A DNA stretch of 64,000 bases, taken from NCBI RefSeq assembly GCF_009834535.1, contig NC_045696.1, positions 47,618,001 to 47,682,000 on the forward strand, written 5' to 3'. The position numbers were made by a program, and so were the translations under genes. Within the stretch, counting starts at the first letter, position 1. The number at the start of each line of letters is the position of its first letter. A model generated the notes under the pieces. The model worked only from the letters and a program-made list of their open reading frames with translations. It was not told the origin of the DNA and searched no databases. Below, one piece after another: positions 14,055 through 27,162 of the stretch. The DNA comes from Camelus ferus. Its lineage: Eukaryota.

Positions 14055-14369
14055 GTACATCTCCATGTTTAAAGTCTAAAATATGTTATTCTAACACCCG
14101 GGACTCACTTCAACTTTTCAATCACTTGTATGTTTCTGGAGCATGCAACCTACCTATAAAATAAGCCTACAAATCTCAAATTTCGAATTGCATAGTTAAT
14201 GAATGGAAATAAAGGTTAAAGGACATATAACTATAAAACTACAACAACTACTTTTTATATTATAAGCATACCAGTTTTTAGACACAGTAAAAGTTGAATA
14301 AATGTCTGCCTAACAGGGAATTTGTACATTCAAACATGATATACAACTCAAAGTAAAATTCTGAAGATT

Positions 14370-14575
14370 ATAGACAGATTCAGCTTGGCTTCTACAGTCT
14401 CAAGAAAAGACTTAGGGCCAAAACTTCAAAATTATAGGGAACTGGATTTCAAATATTTTAAGAAAATGAGTTACCCAAAAGTGAAATAGAAAAGGCTGCC
14501 TTAGGAGGTAGTGAGTCCCCATCACTAAAAATTTTCAAGAATCTATGCACTATTTTCCAAAGATATTACAAAGGA
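14370..14575 (+). mobile_element. CR1/L3 LINE fragment
   Basis: ggctgccttaggaggtagtgagtccccatcacta...ttcaag is typical of the L3 3' region. Confidence 0.55.
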
Positions 14576-14719
14576 ATGTGTGAGATATTTCTGTAATGGA
14601 ACTATTATTCAGAATAATTCCTTCTGAAAGAACCATGTCTAAACTCTTGTCTCGCACCACGCTTAACACAGTGTCTTATGCAGAGCAGAAGTTCAGCGAA
14701 TACTTGCTAAACTTATTTT

Positions 14720-15030
14720 ATTGCTTTCAGAGCCTATGGCAACTCATTTGAATATTTCCCATGGTGTCCCATATTCCCCCTTTAAGGGTGAATTTAATTT
14801 CTGGAAACAGTAAAAAGACGTCAGAAGTCAAATTTGACAAACAAGGCAGATAAACTAGGCAATAAATTTTGGCTTATAAAGGATATAAAATGGCAGTGAG
14901 ATAATATCTGTAATCATTTAACACTGAATCTGGCACAGGGGAAACGCCCACTCAATTAGGTATTGTAATCATTATATACTGAATCAAGAGCAGATTCTCA
15001 AAGAGGAATTAAATAAAGGTAACATTGTAA
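14720..15030. mobile_element. MARNA-like mariner DNA transposon remnant
   Basis: ctttaagggtgaatttaatttctggaaacagtaaaaagacgtcagaagtcaaatt resembles the recalled MARNA consensus. Confidence 0.55.
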
Positions 15031-15301
15031 GAATTAATCTGTAGTGATTCTTAAAAAAGAAAAACAAACAAACTCATTTGGATACATGGAAATCCTAGGA
15101 CGGCACATTTGTTAAAATTAAGCTCAGCACTTAGTTATATATCAACATTACATCTCATTTTTCAAGAACTTTGACTACAGAGATAACTACCTATGTAGAA
15201 TTTGACTAAGCATTTTTGCTATAAAGCAAAATCCTCAAGGTTACATATTTATCCTATATGAATATTCCTCTCTTAAGTATAGATTAATATTCTTTTCCCA
15301 T

Positions 15302-15352
15302 CCAGGTGTTTCTGAGGAGCCCTTCAATGCTGATACTAGCAATCTGACTTTT
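15302..15352 (-). pseudogene. MORC1: Decayed (pseudo)exon of MORC1
   Basis: Reads KSQIASISIEGLLRNTW, homologous to recalled human RSQIANITTVWRAQPTEGCLKNAQ, 183 nt after the 246-nt exon. The in-frame start is preceded by GG rather than AG, and the end is followed by ATGGGA rather than GT. Confidence 0.75.
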
Positions 15353-15535
15353 CCTCCAAAAGAGAGAATATAGAAAAAAAAATACAGAAATTGGGACCTT
15401 GTAAGATTACAGTGTGTACGCTATAATCAGAGTGCTTTGAAAATGGGAAAATGGAGCAAAACCTTTACTAAATGCTACTTCCAGAAAAGTGAATTACTAC
15501 AAATTTTGCAAATAAGGAAAAAAAAAAACAACCAC

Positions 15536-15781
15536 CTGGGATCTCTCAGCTAGGCTGACATTTTCCAGCAGGGTTGCTGCATGTCTCTGCTGTTGAGGCT
15601 TCACTCTCTTCTGCATAGACTTCATCATGATTTTAGTCTCTGAAATACATTCTACACTGGAGTCCGACTCCTCTGTGCTATTTTTCCAGCCTCCACTGCT
15701 GACTGAAAGCTCAAAGGATGAAAGAGACTCATGCTTCAAGTCATCACCAGAAGGCCTGATTCTCTGAGTTTTCTTATTTCC
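15536..15781 (-). CDS. MORC1: MORC1 coding exon, 246 nt (disordered region)
   Basis: ttatttaAG|GGAAAT...TCCCAG|GTGGTT; 82 codons GNKKTQRIRPSGDDLKHESLSSFELS...ENVSLAERSQ (within track ORF 15497..15793); phase 0 to 0. Confidence 0.95.
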
Positions 15782-16734
15782 CTTAAATAACAAAGAACGG
15801 GTCTTTTATTTTGGGTAGCTGGCTTATTTATAATTAATTACCATTTCCTTTATAATCTTATGACATTAGGTGATATTTATTACTAATAAAATTTTTAAAA
15901 ATCAGAAGCTTAGAAAATAGACTTTGGCAAACATATACTGCTATAATGGCTTGTTTAGAATTTGATTTAGCAAAGCTAGGCTGAGAGTCAAGAAACCTTC
16001 TGATTTTGAGGATGGATGCAAAAGACCCCAAACTGAGTAAAATACACTGTGCTTCCTGACTCCCCTGCTCCAACAGAGATTTTCTTGCTTTTGGAGCCTT
16101 GGTGCATATATATCAATAATCTATTCATCTAAAGTTTGGCCATCATTTGCCTCTTAAGAAATGTGAATAACTAAAACTGTAAAGAGTTTTCCATAATTTT
16201 TTTTGGTGTGTGATTAGTCTAACTCTAAAGGTTCAAAAAAATTAAATTTTAGATAGTAACAGACATTTGAGGAATATACTGTAATGTGACATTTGGCAAA
16301 CACAAAAACAATGTAGGAATTACATATACAACATATTTCTAGGCAAATATATATCCACAGACTCACACAGATGCACATCCTTTCTCACTCTGATTTTATA
16401 TATATAATTTTCTGTAATACATAAATGTACATTTTTTCTATATCTTGAACTATATTGAAAAGAATATATTGGAAAAATACATTAAAATAATTATATTTTA
16501 AATGGTCATCTCCAGTCAGTAAGACAATAGGTAATTTAAATTTTCTTATTTATAATTTATTTTCTAAGTTTCCCCTAATAAACATGTATTACTCTAGCAA
16601 GAAAAAAAATAATGACAGTGAAAAAATACCTATCAGTGCTTCACTTTAAACCATGATAACATTCGGCCCTTGATAAGTCTTCTCCTTCACATGGGAAATG
16701 TCACAAATGGTTCAATCCCACTTGAATTACTCAC

Positions 16735-16800
16735 CTTAGGTGCTGAAGTTTGGCAGGTGGTAGTGAACTCAGTGATCCTACTTGTTGGTATAAACTGAGG
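16735..16800 (-). CDS. MORC1: MORC1 coding exon, 66 nt
   Basis: ttttttccacgatAG|CCTCAG...CCTAAG|GTGAGT; PQFIPTSRITEFTTTCQTSAPK, similar to recalled human PQFIPVDEITVTSTCLTSAHK; phase 0 to 0. Confidence 0.88.
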
Positions 16801-18121
16801 CTATCGTGGAAAAAATCATTAGACAAACGTAAGTAAAAATAACTCTTGACTGGCATAGTGTAATAATTCAGTATTCTTCATTTCTTAAAGTGCCAAGATC
16901 GCATTCATTATTAAGGCGTCTCTGATGTATAATTAGTAGTGGCAGTACAAGAGAATCCAATGAAGCATTACAGATCAAATGCCCTACGAGCAATATAAAG
17001 GTGTCACTGTACCAAACACTGTCTCCACAGCCCTTGTTTCCCCTCTCTGGAGAACCTTTTTCTTTATTTGCAGGTCCCAGTATCTGGAATAAATCTTAAC
17101 CTTTAGCAACAGCTCTGTATAGTTCAGAGCTCTGGGTCTGAGCTTCAGGAGACTTTTGAGGGTAGACTGGCCTTATCTGTGTCCCTAACAACTGAGATGC
17201 TGTCTTACCCTCAACATCCAGCTCCTGCCCTCTACTCAAAGGCATAGCTAGAGAGAGAAAGTATTTGCTTTTCCCAAAAAAAGAAGTGCCTTTAAGATAA
17301 TATTTTGATGTGATAATTGTTACACTAAGTGATGAGATGTTAATGAAATATTCAAAGAGAAAATAAAGAGTAATGTGGGCCCTGCACCCCAGATCCAGGA
17401 TCACTCCCCTTGGAATGAGACCCTACTTAGGGGTCCACTTGCACCTCCTTTTTGGTGCACCTACTTTCTTTTACTGTGCCACAGACACCATCACGGTATC
17501 CAGCTCAGTGTCCAGATTCTTTAGGACAGAAAATTTACCTCACTCTTGTAAGTACCCTAATCCCCAAATTGGAGTCCTGACTCTGATTCAGGGTTGGATC
17601 TGCTGAAAAATTTTCCAGTGTGGATGGACTCCAGAGATGTTGAAATGGTGCCTTTTCCTCCGTCCTGAGATCCAAATAAATAACCATTGGTGGCATCTTA
17701 TAAACTGTAGGTACCCTTAAGGCAACCCTTCCGAAACTGAATTACTTCACCTCTGTACCTGTGCCCATCCCCAACCTGTACTTCCTCTTGCAGTCCCTCT
17801 TTTGACGAGTAACACCACCAAACACCTGGACATCCAAGCTAGGCTGTCCTTGGCCAACAATCACTCTCAGTCCCCTCACCCTATCAGTGACCAAAGCTTG
17901 TGGATTTTCCCACAGGTCTGCACTAGCCTCAAGTCACCATCCTGTTTCAATGACTTTATCATCTTTTGCTTAAACTATTTTCTATAACCTCACTTTCTTG
18001 CTTCTAGTTCAGAGACTTCTCTATATATCTGTGTCATGATCACTTTCTACATAATGTTACTCCCTGCATTAAAATAAGGAAGACAAGAGAGAAGAAGAGG
18101 GGCAAAAGAGAGAGGGGAGGG

Positions 18122-18305
18122 GGCATTCTCAAAATTGGATGCATGTGATTAGAATCACCCAGTAAGCCTTTAAGAAAAACTCTTGATGCCAAGTCTACAC
18201 CCTGAAATTCTAATTTAATTATGTGGGGATGTGGACCTGGCATCAGTAGTTTTTAAAGCTCTCCAGGTGATTTTAATATGCAGTCAGGATTGAAAAGGAC
18301 TAGCT
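18122..18305. mobile_element. MER5-family hAT-Charlie MITE
   Basis: ttctcaaa...ttagaatcacc...tttttaaagctctccaggtgattttaatatgcagtcaggattga. Confidence 0.8.
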
Positions 18306-18849
18306 TAGAAGATAGTTTTCTGTGTGTAGCACCTACCACGTGATGCAGCACACAACCAACGTTCAATTCAAGTTTATTAAACGTAGCCAAACAGCACCTA
18401 GCATGACATACAAGCAGCTCTCAAATGGCTGCACCTAAACTCTCTAAACCTTCTTCTGAACATTCTTCTGAACCATCTTTCCATCTGTCTGACATCCCTT
18501 GTTGCCCTCATACACTAGATGCCCAATCACACTGACTCTTCCTCGGGTTCAGGTTCATGTTCCCATGCCTTTTGTATCACCCATTTCCTGCACCTGGAGT
18601 GACATTTCTCATCTTCTCCAGTTGTCAAATTTCCCTTATCCTTCCAGTCTCAGTTCAAATATTATCCACTATGAATGCCTTTTCCAATTCCCCAAGGGAA
18701 AATTAATTGCTTTATCTTCTATGTTCCTCCTGGCATTACATCTTTTTAGATGTTTAGATATATCTATATATGTAGATTCACATGAACAATATACATTTTT
18801 TAAAGTATATTTTTTAAGTCTCTTTACTACTCCATTCTCTATTCATTCA

Positions 18850-21355
18850 GTTCACCTTCCACTAATAGGTAACCACTGCTACTACTTTCTTGTTTAACTT
18901 TCCAGAGATTTGTTTATATATCATATACAAGCATATATAAATAAGTTTTTCCAACTTTCTTGAGGAAGGGAAAAATGGTAGTATATTATACACACAGTCT
19001 ATTACTTTCTTCTCCATTGAAGTATATATCCTAGAGATCCTTCTCCATTAGTACTTAAAATGCTTCTTTAGTCCCTTTTACAGCTGCATTGTATTCTTCC
19101 CCTCTCCAGTTTTATTGAGATATAACTAACCTACATCACTAAGTTTAAGATATACAGTATAATGGCTTGGCTTACACATATTGTGATATTACCATAATAA
19201 GTTTAGTTATCATCCCTCATCTCATATAGATTCAAGTAAAAGAAAGAAAAAATGTTTTTCCTTGTAATGAGAACTCTTAGGATCTACTCACTTACTTTTA
19301 TACATTATCATACAGTGTTAGTGATAGTTACACGCCTCAAAGTTTCCCTGAGCTCCCTCCCTCCAACCCTTCCCTATAACTCTTCCAATTTCTACCCCAA
19401 CCATGGGCAACCACTGTTCTGCTTTCTCTCAGTATAATCTGCATGTTCTAAATTTTATCTTAAGTGGAATTATAAATCTTTTTTGGTCTGACTTCTTTCA
19501 CTAGGAAGAATTATTTTGAAATTAATCTATATTGCTTTGTGGATCAATAGTGCATTCCTTTTTATTGCTGAGTAGTATTGCACTGAATGGACATACCACA
19601 ATTTGTCCTTTCACCTATTGATGGTCACTTGGGTGGTTTCCAGTGTTTGGCTACAAAACTACTATGAGTATACAAGTTGCTGTGTAGACATATGCTTACC
19701 TTCATGTGTTTATTTTGCTGACTATATATCTCCCTTGGAGAAATGTCTATTCAAATGTTTGGCCCATTTTTTTTTTAAACAGAGGGAATTTACCATAGTG
19801 ATTGGTAACAGAGGAGACTGAAGAGGCTGAGAAGACTATAAGAAATGTTATCAAAATCAGGAAGCTCTTAGAAGCCTCAGGTTGGAGGGACAATAGGAAG
19901 AACTGATATTATCAGAACCCAGGGGCCATAGTTCTATAGGTCAGAAGTTCAAGTACATTATGACTCAGCTAGGTCCTCCATTTAGAGTCTTACAATTGCC
20001 TATTTTTTTAAATTGTGTTGTTTATCTTATTATTGAGTTTTTAAAGCTCTTTATATGTTCTAGATAATGGTCCAGTATCAGACATGGTTTTACAGATGTT
20101 TTCTCCCAGTCTGTGGCTTGATTTTTCAATTTCTTAAATGCATCCTCTCAAGAGCAAAAGCTTTATCATTTTGATGAGGTCCAATTTGTAAATTTTCTTT
20201 TATAACTCATGCATTTTGAACCATATTGAAGAAATCTTTGCCAACTCTAGGCCATGAAAATTTCTTCCTATATTTTCTTCTAGAAGGTTTGTAGTTTTAG
20301 CTTTTACATTTAGACCAATGATCCACTTCAAGATAATTTTTATATGGTTTGAGGTAAGAGTCAAGGTTCATTATTTTGAGGACACACGTCTATCCAAATG
20401 TTTTGGTATCATTTGTTGAAAAGATTCTTTCTTCCATTGAAATGTATTGGTCCTTTTGTTGAAAAACAACTGACTACATACATATGAGTCTATTTCTGGA
20501 CTCATTCTATTCCATGGCTCTATTTATCCCTTTTAATACCAATACTAGATTGTATTTATTTCTACAGATTTATAATAAGTATTGAAATAAGGTGAAGTCA
20601 GTCCATCAACTTTGTTTTTTCCAAAATGATTTTGACTATTATAAATCCTTTGCATTCTATATGAATTTTGTAGTAAGTTTTGCAATTTCTACCTAAAATA
20701 AAGCTGACAAATTCTGATCAAAGTACAGACCTATCAGAGAGAACTGACATAGTGACATATTACCAATACTGAGTCTTCAAACTCATGAACATAGATTATC
20801 TCTCTGTTTATTTGCTTTATTTTTTAGCAATATTTTGCTTTTCAGTATAGGTCTTGCTCATCTTTTGTCAAATTTATCCCAAAGTATTTCACATATTCTA
20901 ATGCTATTGAAAGTGGTATTTTTTTATTTCAATTGCAATTGTTTGCTGCTAGTATGCTAAATTAAAATATTTTTTATATACTGATTTTTGTACCCTGTAA
21001 CCTTGCTAAGCTCGTTTCACTAATTCCAGTAACTTTTTAATAGATTCCACCCTATTTTCTACATAGACTATCACATCTAAAAAGAAAAACTGTTTTACCT
21101 CTTCCTTTGCAATCAGAATGCTTTTATTTCTTTTTATGTCTTTCTTGTACTTCTAGAACCTCCTGAGCAATGCTGAATTGGAATGGTGAGAGCAAACCTC
21201 CTTGTCTAATTCCTCATCTTAGGGGGGAGAGATTTCAGTCTTTCACTAGTAAGTACGATTTTCGCTGTAAGGTTTTTCTAGATGCCCTTTATCACATGGA
21301 GGGAGTTTTTCTCTGTTCCTAATTTGCTTAGAGTTTTTATCAGAAATGGATGCTG
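18850..21355 (-). mobile_element. Composite of old L1M fragments (3' UTRs plus ORF2), reverse orientation
   Basis: L1MA9-like 3' end at ~19105-19330; L1 3' UTR/ORF2 text (tttattgctgagtagtatt; ggagaaatgtctattcaaa; gaatggtgagagcaaacctccttgtc). Confidence 0.85.
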
Positions 21356-24300
21356 TTGCTTCTTTTTTGTCATTCATATCTTAATGAAATTTTTTCCTTT
21401 TTGCTTATGATATTTATATGTTACACATTTACATGGTGTCTTACCCATATTTTACTGGAATTTTTCCCTTTTTTTTTTTTTTTGAAATGATACCTTATTT
21501 AGCTGCTGTACTAGCTTGTTCATTAAACACATCACTATAAAAGTTAGGTTTTCCAGGAATAGCTCTTTGCCAGAATTTTCTATAGGAAGGATAGGTGGAG
21601 GATGAGTCTAGGCAAGTTTATTTTTTTTTTTTTAACCCACAAGCAAAACCTCTTTCCTTCTCATCTTTACCCCAAAAAACCCCACTGCTTCTGCAAATAT
21701 GGCTCTTTTGAATACTTTCATGTGCATTCCACACCTTCTACTTCTGTGAAGCAAAGCAGGTCCAGTAAGGTTTCTGTTGCTGTCCAGCTTCTGTACATAA
21801 AGGCTATAGCTTTTTCACCTCCAGATGAACCCTTCTTCAGTAAAGGTATTTGTGTTGATTCTTCAGGGGTGCTATTGCTGGGCTCTTTCTTTCATTTCTC
21901 TTCCTTTCCACCTGTGGGGTTCCTGCATTATCTTGACTACTTTGGACAGCCCTGCAGTATTTTGGTATATGTTTCTTAGCTTGACTGAAACTGGAGTTTG
22001 CATTTTTGTTTCCTGTTTTCCTTGTTATTCTTAAAAGACCCCCTGAAAAAGAACAGGAAGATGCTGTATCTACATAGCCATATTTATAGCAGAAGTCTCC
22101 TACATCCTTTTTACCTACATTTATCATGGTATGTACCTCATTGTCTTATAGTTAAGATGAGTTTCTCTCTCCACAGACTGTGAAATCTCAAATCATTTTT
22201 TATCTGCAGTAACTATCCCAAAGTTTAGAACTTTATAGGTACTCAGTAAAATGTTGATGATGGACAGGATAAACAGATGCTCTCAGAGCCTACTGCTCAT
22301 TTCTTCCACTGTTAAAAAACTGTCCCAAGTCTACTCTGTACTAATAATGTGACTACTTCTCTAATACCTGTCAGAGGTCATCACATCTTTGAGATGCTTT
22401 ATATTAAACACCAGTGTCCTGTTTCTGTGCAGCAAAATAGAATGAATCTAGTGACAATGTATGATCCACTTAAATCAACTGGGTTTGCATCATTTTTGGT
22501 GCTAGCTTAATGGTAATTACTTTTTGCTGTAAAGTTTTATTGTAATGAGTTTTGACCTGAACTATTAATCATGTCACTAGAGTTGTGAGTAAATAAAAAT
22601 ATTTTTTAATTCCATAAATTTTCCTCTTCTTATATTCATTTCAGAGTTGTGTTTCTACAAAAGAACTTCAGGCATCATAGAAAAACATGGCAAAAGTGTT
22701 TCAGCTACATTTTCAATAGAAAAACATCAATAATGAGGGTACATCTTTGATTGCATTTTTTGTAAAACAGAAATTCATGTAACAAAGCTAATCCATTTCA
22801 ACTTCTGTCCCAGTTAATGCGTAGTTGTTTACTAGAGAGAGCATTCTTTTTATCACCACCATCACCTTTTCAGATTTCAAAGAATTGTCATCACCCTAGA
22901 AAGCTTGCTAATATCAGTATTTATATTTATATGACACTCACAAACTCTCCCAGCAAGACTGTTACATTTCTTCACATGTTTGGAGAGTCCTGAAAATCAG
23001 ACTCAATCAGCAAAAGCTGTATAAGATGAAGTATCTCTGGCAGCAGGAAAACTGAAGGATCCTTATCCCAGGAATAAAGAAGAGAATGTCAGAGGTGCAT
23101 AAGAATCACTGGGGAGCTAGGCACAAATGCAGATTCCAAGGCTTCCATCCCAGAGATTCTTGTTCAGTCTGCTGTAGATCTCAGAAATCTGCATTTTTAC
23201 AAACATGAGATGTTTTTACACAGACAATCCTATCACCATCGACATACAGCACAAAAAGACAGGGGAGTCTCCTTTCTAATTTTGCATCCATGCTTTGTGG
23301 CACTGTAGAGAAAATATTTTCATGTTTCTGCACCATTAAGGCTTTCTGATCAAATTTTGCCAAAATTTGAGACAGCCTAGAAGAACAAATCTTGAATTTA
23401 TGACTAATTATTAGAGAGCATCTGAAGAGATTTACTTCCCTGGAGGTATGTGTTTACATTTTAAGGAAGGAGATCTAGGACCATGGGGATATTGCCTGGG
23501 TTGTAAAGCTGGAGAAGCTAATCTTATCTTACTCCCAAGAGATTTATTTCTATTCCAAACAGCAGGAGTAAGAACCCAGGATACTTCTCAAAGAGCAAAC
23601 AAGTATGTGCATCTGTTGGGTGGTGGGGTGGGATTAGGGAGATGGCTGTCCCTCTCCTATTTAAACTTCCAGATTCATTTTTTTCAGAGTTCCTTGCCAT
23701 AGTACAAACTCCAGTGTATGAAGGGTAGCATAAGCTCTGCCTCATCTGTTGCCCCAGGGGTACAAATGAGGGCAAAAGGGAATCAGCACAATTATTTTCT
23801 ATAATTAAATAATGATCTGCTCTGCTCCAGAAACCTCATGTTTGCGTTCAGAATAAAATTAATATATATGGATACTTAAAACTTAACAGTCTGTAAATGA
23901 AAATGGGCAACTAATACTCACAGGCTCTAAAACTGGATGGGTCTTTGCAAATACCCAGTTTAATCCTCTTTTTACTGTACTAGAGGAGTGCTAGGATCAA
24001 GAACTAGCAACAACTGACAGGCCTGAGGTCACTCGGCTCATAAACAGAGCCAAGACCTGAAGTTAGGCATCCTGATACCAGTCCGGTGCACTGTCCACCA
24101 CACCCCACCTTCTGTAAGGAGCCCCTAAGCATCCTTACCTCTGTTCTGCTGTCTAAAACAATCACTGCCCTCTACATCTGCCTAATAAACAGAGCTCTTT
24201 CAAAAGCAAAAAATCTGACTACCATTAGCTGTTAATTTCTCAGTTTCTCCCACACTGAAGGGCTATCAATCCAAAATGCAAGCAGGAGATCAAAGTAGTT

Positions 24301-24369
24301 CAAATACCTTTGAACTAAGAATCAGTCTCATATTCTGGATCTAGCTTTATTCCTACTGTGTTTCTGCGA

Positions 24370-24600
24370 CCTCAGTCAGACAGGCAATATAGTTTGGTAA
24401 CAGAGTGAGGGGTCTGGAGCCTGTGTCGGCTGGAATCACAGTTCTGCAGATTCCTAACTCCTTCCTTGGCAATTTACTTCTCTGTGCCTCAGCTTCCTCA
24501 TCTCTAAAACAGGACTCATAGCAATCACAGGAAGGTCATGAGGATTAAACGAGTCAGTACGTTCAAGGCATCTCTAAGGACGGCTCATTCTAACTGCTAT
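24370..24600 (+). mobile_element. MIR SINE
   Basis: ctctgtgcctcagcttcctcatctctaaaacagg...atgaggattaaacgag. Confidence 0.75.
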
Positions 24601-24832
24601 TATCATTTAATCCTTCCATTCATCCTTCTCATTTAAGTTCCCCCATGTATGTAATATATACAGTTACAGTAATCATTCAGGGTAGTTTTAGAATTCACCA
24701 AAATATATATAACTATGGAAATCTTGGGGAAGAAATTGGAGAGGAAAAAGCAATTGGACATATGAAAAATATGCAACTGTCACTTACTATGAAAAAGTCT
24801 GTGGTGATCAAATGGTGTATTCAGAACTAAGC

Positions 24833-25000
24833 AGCAGACAAATCCTGAAGCAAATAAAGTGTGAGCTTCAGGCTCCGCCCTTACACAGGCCCCCTTCATG
24901 GTCCTGTCCCTGACTTCATAGTTATAATTTTGCATTTTCTTTTTAGAAGGAGATCCCCCAAAATGTATAAACCGCAGACTTTAAAGCACTAGATCTGCCA
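24833..25000 (-). mobile_element. MER53-like hAT element
   Basis: gagcttcaggctcc...acacaggccccctt...taattttgcattttctttttagaaggagatcccccaaaatgtataa matches the reverse complement of recalled MER53. Confidence 0.7.
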
Positions 25001-26269
25001 TTGTTCAGAAGTATTATAAGTAATACTTAGCTATTTTCAAATGCTAGGTGCTATTCCTAGTGGTCTTGGCTAGAAGACCTTCCTTGAGGATTCTCGGAAG
25101 AGAGGAAGGATGACTCTTTGGCAAAGCAAAAGACATGGACAAACACTGGTTATTTCTCTAGGACTGGATTAGACACCACACCCTTTGTTAGAGGCTGAGC
25201 CTGGCCAGGCAAGACTGATGGAAGGAGTGGGAGGGTTAAACCACATATCGGTAAAGGACAAGGTGGAAAATGTAACTCAAATGAGATTAAGTTTAAATTC
25301 TGCTCAAGCCTACAGGAGTTAGGACAGGAGAAGGCACCAGATTCAAACCAAGAATATGATCAGGAGACAAAGGTTAACTCGAGAGGCATGAGCTATGGGG
25401 TTTAAGTGAAAAATTAGAAAAATCATGAAGTACAATTCTTTAAACTGAATTCAAAATGTAAAGGTGGGTCCTGAGTAAGAAGTGAGATTAGATCTAACAG
25501 GATGAGAAACAGGAATCAGGCTCGGGGGAGGACATAGCAGTGCTGGCGCTCTGAGGTACACACTCAGAGGCACAGAGTTCCTTTAGAGGAAACCAGGGAG
25601 GAGCCTGCCCCTGGAAGGAAGCCAAACACCTGTCCCTGACTCCGAGCAGAGTCAGGAAATAGACCCTGAGGTGCATCCAGGGTGCAAGGCAACCTCTGAC
25701 TGTTCCTGAGTAGCATGCATGCTGGTCGAAAACTGGCTGTATGTACAGTTCAGGTGCTTAAGGAATGATTGCAGGGCAGAGATCAAATAGGTACATTTGC
25801 AGCAAAACCCAAATTAGTCTTCTCTCCAGTGAAAGCCATTTCAGGTAACACACCTGAACCTCCACTTCTCTCTCCATCTCTGCGGATGTGAACAGGAAGG
25901 ACTGACTGACATGCAGAGAGGGATGTAATGTGGCAAGACCACTTGCCACCGTCAAAGCTACTTCTGTCCTTCTTGGAGGAAGGATGAGTTCCCTCTGGAC
26001 TTGAATTCCTATTGGCCTTCCTAATATTTGGTCACTTCTGTAAAACCAGGAACGGACAACAATGGATGATATTTCCTGGTCTCAACCTCCAGGGCAAAAG
26101 AGGGTGACTTATGAAGCCAGGAGCAGGAACTATCCTAGTCTCCCCACACCACACTGTGCCCTGAAGCCACGTTGTTCTGATGCCCCGTAACTGCTGGTAC
26201 TATCCTGGTTTGTTTAGTAAACTACAGCGGCATTCTGTCAGGCAGTGTGGCATCAGCTCCTCAAGAAAT

Positions 26270-27127
26270 GATGAAGAAGATAAACTGGAGGACCACTTTT
26301 TCACACCATATGCAAAAATAAACTCAAAATAGATTAAAGACTTAAATGTAACCATAAAACTGCAAGAAGAAAACATGCAATATGTTCTTTGACATCAGTC
26401 CTAGCAAATTTTTTTCTGGACATTTCTCCTCAGACAACGGCAACAAAAGCAAAAATAAACAAATGGGACTACATCAAACGAAAAAGCTTTTGTACAGCGA
26501 AGGAAACCATCAACAAAAGGAAAAGGCAATTTACTGAATGGAAGAAGGTATTTGTAAATGATATTATCTGATAAGGGGTTAATACCCAAAATATATAAAG
26601 GACTCATACAACTCTATATCAAAAAACAAACAACCTGTTTAAAAAATGGGCAAGGGACCTGAATAGACATTTTCCCAAAGACACACAGATGGCCAACTGA
26701 CACACAAAAAGATTCTTGATATGACTAATCATTAGGGAAATGAAAATCAAAACTAGAAAGAGATACCACCTCACACCTGTTAGAATGGCTATTCTCAAAA
26801 AGATAAACAAACAAACAAACAACAAAAAAAACCAACTCTTTGTGAGGATGCAGAGTAAATGGAAACCTGGCACACTGTTGGTAAAAATGTAAACTGGTGC
26901 AGCCACTATGGAAAACAGTATGGACATTCTTCAAAAAACTAAAAACAGAACTATTACATGATCCAGCAATTCTACTTTGGGATATTTATATGAAGAAAAC
27001 AAACATACTAATTTAAAAAAATATATTACCCCTATGTTCACTGCAGTACTATTTACAAAATCAAATATATGGAAACAACCTAAATGTCCGTGAATAGATG
27101 AACAAATAAAGAAAATGTGGCATACAC

Positions 27128-27162
<35 letters not shown>

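Noticed and set aside
11850..26350. The L1 ending at ~11918 and the L1 starting at ~26270 as halves of one split element (consensus positions nearly abut)
   Set aside because: They overlap by ~70 nt with many differences, and collinear MORC1 exons lie between them, so independent insertions are more parsimonious.
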